Shown piece by piece: positions 45,656 to 49,860 of a stretch of DNA of 49,860 nt. The position numbers and the translations under genes are program-made. Origin of the DNA: Candidatus Nanopelagicales bacterium (GTDB lineage Bacteria > Actinomycetota > Actinomycetes > S36-B12); NCBI GenBank assembly GCA_030728405.1, contig JANQZS010000008.1:1-49860 (forward strand), read 5' to 3'. Position 1 is the first letter of the stretch. Each line of letters opens with the position of its first letter. The notes beneath the pieces are model-generated. The model was not told the origin of the DNA. It did not search any database and was given only the letters and a program-made list of their open reading frames with translations.

Positions 45656-46115
45656 CTTGCAACAGATCCTGGGGAATCAAGCCCACATCAAATCCTCTTG
45701 CGCCACCAGAAACGTAGACATGATCAAGATCCAAAACACTGTTATCGATCACCGTGGGCAGTTGTGTGCGCTGCCCGATGGGACTGATCCCACCAAGGAC
45801 GTATCCCGTGAGGCGCTGGGCAGTGTCGGTAGGTGCCATTTCCGCACGTTTTCCACCGGCAGCCTGCGCAAGCATCTTCATATTCAGGGTGCAATCGACG
45901 GGAACAACGGCCACGTGGGGTTGGGCGTCGACTAAAACAATGAGCGTCTTGAAGACTTCGGCAGGTGATAGGCCGAGTGCGTGTGCGGCCTCAATTCCGT
46001 AGCTCGTGGATGATGGATTGTGTTCATAGCTATGGCTGGTGAACGCTACGCCCGCATCGAGCAGAGCCAGCGTTGCTGGCGTTCCTTTCCCGCGGGGAGA
46101 TTTATCTTTCGCCAT
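45591..46115 (-). CDS. ybaK: Cys-tRNA(Pro)/Cys-tRNA(Cys) deacylase YbaK
   Basis: 'TPATLALLDAGVAFTSHSYEH...GLSPAEVFKTLIV...GYVLGGISPIGQ...VYVSGGARG' is the YbaK/EbsC pattern. Confidence 0.85.
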   Translation of the reverse strand: MAKDKSPRGKGTPATLALLDAGVAFTSHSYEHNPSSTSYGIEAAHALGLSPAEVFKTLIVLVDAQPHVAVVPVDCTLNMKMLAQAAGGKRAEMAPTDTAQRLTGYVLGGISPIGQRTQLPTVIDNSVLDLDHVYVSGGARGFDVGLIPQDLLQVTSAMVAQIAVGRASPPAPTA

Positions 46116-46135
46116 CGCAGTGTGGGTTCTTCGAT

Positions 46136-46804
46136 TCAGTTCATTGATGGTGAGTGGAGATGCGGGTCGACGGTCGGCACCATAGACAGTGCTTCGATCA
46201 GCGCAGTTTCACTACGGAGCAGTGAGCGGGCTCGTCTGAGCCGTTCGGCAGTGTCTGGTGCACCGAGCAGCCACTGGCGTTGGTCCATCGGGAGCACCAT
46301 GGCCGCAGTGATGAGAAAACTGAGGATGGTGGCATCTCGAGGAGTCTCATCAAGGTCGCTCACTTCGTCCTGAAGCCGTCCCGCTAATGCAGATCGGTAC
46401 TGCAAGAAGTCGCGGGCAAGGAGTGGCCCGAGGTCTTCTGTTCCTTCATCGACCTCCTCGATGAAATCGACTTCAGCGCGGAGCAGAGGTGATGAGTCAT
46501 CCACCGCAAGCACATGGAATCTACGGTTACCCGTGGTCACCAGATCGAATCTCCCATCGGGCAGTTCATCACACTCCCGGATGGCTGCTGAGACACCGAT
46601 TGGGTAGAAAGCATCGAGTCCGTGGCTTGCGAAGGTTCGGCCCTCCCGGACGGCAACAACCCCAAATTCGCGTTGATCCTCGTCCTCGATGGCGAGCAGT
46701 TCATTGACCATGAGGCGATATCGCGGTTCGAAAATGTGGAGGGGGACAACCAGCCCGGGCACGAGCACAATATTGATGGGAAACAGCGGCAGAGTGGTTG
46801 TCAC
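46136..46804 (-). CDS. LON peptidase substrate-binding (Lon N-terminal) domain protein
   Basis: '[29 protein letters not shown]' is the canonical LON-N start. There is no ATPase or protease domain. GTG start at 46804. Confidence 0.8.
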   Translation of the reverse strand: MTTTLPLFPINIVLVPGLVVPLHIFEPRYRLMVNELLAIEDEDQREFGVVAVREGRTFASHGLDAFYPIGVSAAIRECDELPDGRFDLVTTGNRRFHVLAVDDSSPLLRAEVDFIEEVDEGTEDLGPLLARDFLQYRSALAGRLQDEVSDLDETPRDATILSFLITAAMVLPMDQRQWLLGAPDTAERLRRARSLLRSETALIEALSMVPTVDPHLHSPSMN

Positions 46805-46828
46805 AAGATGGAGCGTAAACTCCTACAC

Positions 46829-48160
46829 ATGATCAGGCGCGTGGACCTTCGAGATACCAATGTTGACGCTCGCTCCGTGGTGCCCCGCGCAGCCATGGAT
46901 GTTGCTGATGCGACCGCTCGAATCCGGCCGATTCTCAGTGATGTCAAGCTTCGCGGTGCCGAAGCCGTGCTGGAGTGGAGCGAAAAACTCGACAAGGTCC
47001 GCCCTCCAGCTCTGCGGGTGCCGATCGCGCTATTGCGAAAGGCTGAAGATTCGCTCGACCCCGAAGTTCGGGCTGCCCTTCTGGAGTCCATCGCTCGGGC
47101 GCGCAAAGTGCACATGGATCAGCGCCGAACAGATATCACCACGGCGGTAGTGCCGGGAGGTTCAGTAACTGAGCGATGGATACCTGTCGAGAGGGTTGGG
47201 CTCTACGTTCCCGGCGGCCGCGCCGTGTACCCAAGCAGCGTGGTCATGAACGTGGTTCCTGCCCAGGTGGCTGGGGTTGAATCGCTCGTTGTCGTTTCTC
47301 CGCCGCAACCGGATTTTGGTGGTTGGCCGCATCCCACGATTTTGGCAGCCTGCTCTCTGCTGGGAGTTGAGGAGGTTTATGCCGTCGGCGGGGCACAAGC
47401 AATCGCGATGTTGGCGTACGGAGTCGACCTGCCCGATGGGGCACAGTGTGAACCAGTTGACCTCGTCACCGGCCCAGGAAATATCTATGTGACTGCCGCC
47501 AAGCGCGAACTACAAGGCATCATTGGGATCGACTCGGAGGCTGGACCTACTGAGGTGGCCATTTTGGCCGACGACACTGCTGATGCTCGCCACGTGGCGG
47601 CTGACTTGATCAGCCAAGCCGAGCACGACGTCATTGCGGCCGCCGTTCTGGTCACCACCAGTGCGGAATTAGCTGATGCTGTTGAGGCAGAGGTTACTGC
47701 TCAAGTTGCTTTGACTAAGCACAGCGCTCGTATCACTGAAGCGCTTACTGGTGCCCAAAGTGCGATCGTAGTGGTTGACGATCTTGAAACGGGCATTCGA
47801 GTGATCGATGCATATGCAGCTGAGCACCTTGAGATCCATACGCGCAATGCACGCGAGGTCGCCATGAAGATCAAGCACGCTGGTGCAATTTTTGTGGGCA
47901 CATGGTCCCCTGTTTCCCTCGGTGATTACTGCGCGGGATCCAATCACGTTTTGCCCACGATGGGATCAGCGCGCAACTCATCTGGACTTTCAGTGCAGTC
48001 ATTCCTGCGCGGTGTGCACATCATCGATTACAACGAGCAGGCATTAGCGGATGTTGCGACTCACGTGTTGGCGCTTTCCCATGCTGAAGATCTTCCTGCG
48101 CATGGCCAAGCGATATCCATTCGTTTTGGTAGCAGCACGTCAATCGATCGTGCGCAATGA
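46829..48160 (+). CDS. hisD: Histidinol dehydrogenase
   Basis: 'MIRRVDLR...', '[14 protein letters not shown]', 'SQAEHD' and '[13 protein letters not shown]'. The ATG at 46829 matches the usual HisD N-terminus. The ORF-track extension to 46622 runs through the divergent Lon-N gene. Confidence 0.9.
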   Translation: MIRRVDLRDTNVDARSVVPRAAMDVADATARIRPILSDVKLRGAEAVLEWSEKLDKVRPPALRVPIALLRKAEDSLDPEVRAALLESIARARKVHMDQRRTDITTAVVPGGSVTERWIPVERVGLYVPGGRAVYPSSVVMNVVPAQVAGVESLVVVSPPQPDFGGWPHPTILAACSLLGVEEVYAVGGAQAIAMLAYGVDLPDGAQCEPVDLVTGPGNIYVTAAKRELQGIIGIDSEAGPTEVAILADDTADARHVAADLISQAEHDVIAAAVLVTTSAELADAVEAEVTAQVALTKHSARITEALTGAQSAIVVVDDLETGIRVIDAYAAEHLEIHTRNAREVAMKIKHAGAIFVGTWSPVSLGDYCAGSNHVLPTMGSARNSSGLSVQSFLRGVHIIDYNEQALADVATHVLALSHAEDLPAHGQAISIRFGSSTSIDRAQ

Positions 48161-49263
48161 GTGAGGACTTTGTGCTGCCAGTGCGTGCAGACCTCGTCGG
48201 GATTTCATCGTATGGCGCACCTCAACTCGATGTTGCTGCCAGATTAAACGTCAACGAGAACCCGTTTCCGTTGCCTGCTTCCGTTGTAGAAGCGATAACT
48301 CAAGCAGTGAGCAGTGCAGCCCATGGACTTAACCGGTACCCAGAACGCGATGCTGTGGAGCTCCGCGCCGCACTCGCTGATTTCATCGCCCGAGACTGTG
48401 GCGTGGATCTACCGGTTGAGCAAGTATGGGCCGCAAATGGTTCCAATGAAGTAATGCACCAGATCTTTCTGGCATTTGGTGGCCCGGGTCGACGCGCGCT
48501 CACGTTTGAACCCACATATTCCATGTACCCGGAATATGCACGAGACACGTTCACAGATTTTCGAATGCTTCCTCGACTGCCGGATTTCACGGTCGACGTT
48601 AAGCGCGCGGTCGATGCGATCGCTGATCTGCGTCCATCGATAGTCATCTTGACCTCACCAAACAATCCGACCGGAACCAGCCAAGACCTCTCAGATACTC
48701 GAACAATTGCTCAGGCGGGCCTGACCTACGGAGCCATGGTTGTCGTTGATGAGGCCTATGCGGAGTTCCGTAGAGATGGCGTCCCTAGCGCATGTGAGCT
48801 TCTTGGCGAGTTCCGCAACCTCATCGTGACTCGGACTATGAGCAAGGCCTTCGGATTAGCCGGTGCCAGGCTTGGCTACGCCCTCGCGGCTGACTCCCGA
48901 GTTGTTGACACGCTGCACGTGGTGCGGCTGCCCTACCATCTATCAGCCATCACTCAAGCGGTGGCGTTGGCAGCGCTCGCGAATTCCGAGTTACTCACGG
49001 CGCAAGTTCAACTCATCCGATCTGAGCGGGATGCACTCGCTGAGTGGCTCAATGAGCAGGGATATGACGTTGCCCCGAGTGATGCCAATTTCATTCTTTT
49101 CGGAAAGTTTGAAGATCGCCATGCGGTGTGGCAGCACCTCTTGAGTAGGGGTGTATTGGTCCGGGAAACCGGTCCACCCCAGTGGCTTCGGGTGAGCGTG
49201 GGTACTCCTGAGGAGAACGCTATGTTTAGGGACGCACTTCTTCGAGCGAAAGAGGACCAATGA
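48157..49263 (+). CDS. hisC: Histidinol-phosphate aminotransferase
   Basis: 'LNVNENPFP', 'SPNNPTG' and '[16 protein letters not shown]' (PLP lysine). ATGA overlap with hisD. Confidence 0.9.
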   Translation: MSEDFVLPVRADLVGISSYGAPQLDVAARLNVNENPFPLPASVVEAITQAVSSAAHGLNRYPERDAVELRAALADFIARDCGVDLPVEQVWAANGSNEVMHQIFLAFGGPGRRALTFEPTYSMYPEYARDTFTDFRMLPRLPDFTVDVKRAVDAIADLRPSIVILTSPNNPTGTSQDLSDTRTIAQAGLTYGAMVVVDEAYAEFRRDGVPSACELLGEFRNLIVTRTMSKAFGLAGARLGYALAADSRVVDTLHVVRLPYHLSAITQAVALAALANSELLTAQVQLIRSERDALAEWLNEQGYDVAPSDANFILFGKFEDRHAVWQHLLSRGVLVRETGPPQWLRVSVGTPEENAMFRDALLRAKEDQ

Positions 49264-49856
49264 GTCGGACCGCGCGCATTGAGCGCAACACCAAGGAGAG
49301 CGAAGTCCTCGTCGAACTTGAACTAGACGGGACAGGCGCGAGCAACATCGAGACCGGTGTTCCCTTCTTCGACCACATGCTCGCTCAACTCGCCAAACAT
49401 GGTGGCCTGGACCTCACCGTTCGTACCAAGGGTGATCTTGAAGTGGATGCGCACCACACCGTCGAAGACACCTCGCTCGCGGTGGGGCAAGCGCTTAATG
49501 CGGCCCTGGGCGATCGGGCTGGGCTACGCCGTTACGGCGACGCGCTGGTGCCCTTGGATGAATGCCTCGTTCAGTCGGCTATCGACCTATCCGGTCGGCC
49601 CTACCTCGTCCATGAAGAACCCGACATGGTCGAACTCATTGGCTCATTCGACACCACCTTGACCCGGCACATCTGGGAGTCCATCGTGGCTACATCTCAA
49701 ATAACCCTTCATGTGCGAGTGCTGTCAGGTCGCAACGCTCACCACGTGGTGGAAGCCCAGTTCAAGTCGGTGGCACGCTCCCTTCGCGAGGCAATCGCCC
49801 TCGATCCGCGGGTCGTGGGAGTTCCCTCGACTAAGGGCACTTTGACCGCATCGTGA
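49260..49856 (+). CDS. hisB: Imidazoleglycerol-phosphate dehydratase
   Basis: 'GVPFFDHML', 'DAHHTVEDT' and 'GRNAHHVVEAQFKS'. ATGA overlap with hisC. Confidence 0.9.
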   Translation: MSRTARIERNTKESEVLVELELDGTGASNIETGVPFFDHMLAQLAKHGGLDLTVRTKGDLEVDAHHTVEDTSLAVGQALNAALGDRAGLRRYGDALVPLDECLVQSAIDLSGRPYLVHEEPDMVELIGSFDTTLTRHIWESIVATSQITLHVRVLSGRNAHHVVEAQFKSVARSLREAIALDPRVVGVPSTKGTLTAS

Positions 49857-49860
49857 CGTC

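Overview
This window is a syntenic core-chromosome segment of a moderately high-GC actinobacterium. The gene order looks Micrococcales or Microbacteriaceae-like, but that placement is inference only.

The centre (about 17.9-36.3 kb) is a complete division/cell-wall (dcw) cluster: mraZ-rsmH-ftsL-ftsI-murE-murF-mraY-murD-ftsW-murG-murC-ftsQ-ftsZ-pgeF-yggS-sepF-yggT-divIVA. Many junctions in it are 4-nt ATGA/GTGA overlaps.

Downstream lie ileS (minus strand), a DksA/TraR zinc-finger gene, lspA, rluD, the replicative dnaE, ybaK, a Lon-N-domain gene and hisD-hisC-hisB.

Upstream (0-17.8 kb) is a more variable region:
- a partial FMN alpha-hydroxyacid dehydrogenase gene
- a pterin carbinolamine dehydratase gene
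- a TetR + PhyH-dioxygenase pair
- a small SAV_6107-type HEPN gene, a second Pol III alpha paralogue (DnaE2-like) and dinB
- DUF3040 and a LIP-type lipase
- a four-gene translationally coupled envelope operon of unknown function
- rmuC, helD, an acyl-CoA dehydrogenase and a DUF3048 lipoprotein

I saw no rRNA, tRNA, CRISPR array or mobile element.

The most interesting signals:
1. A perfect LexA (SOS) box, TCGAAC-N4-GTTCGA, sits under a promoter that also resembles the mycobacterial RecA-independent damage promoter. It heads the HEPN - hairpin - DnaE2-like - DinB cassette, which has no imuA/imuB.
2. An array of 10-bp-phased GTGGAG boxes lies over the mraZ promoter.
3. An unlisted 44-codon transmembrane ORF lies between mraZ and rsmH.
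4. pgeF has no canonical start codon upstream of its conserved N-terminal motif.
5. The Lon-N and hisD genes have back-to-back, apparently leaderless promoters 24 bp apart.
6. The DksA-like gene carries a perfect 18-bp tandem (KKAAPV) expansion.

All calls rest on reading the translations and the sequence by eye. No database search was run.
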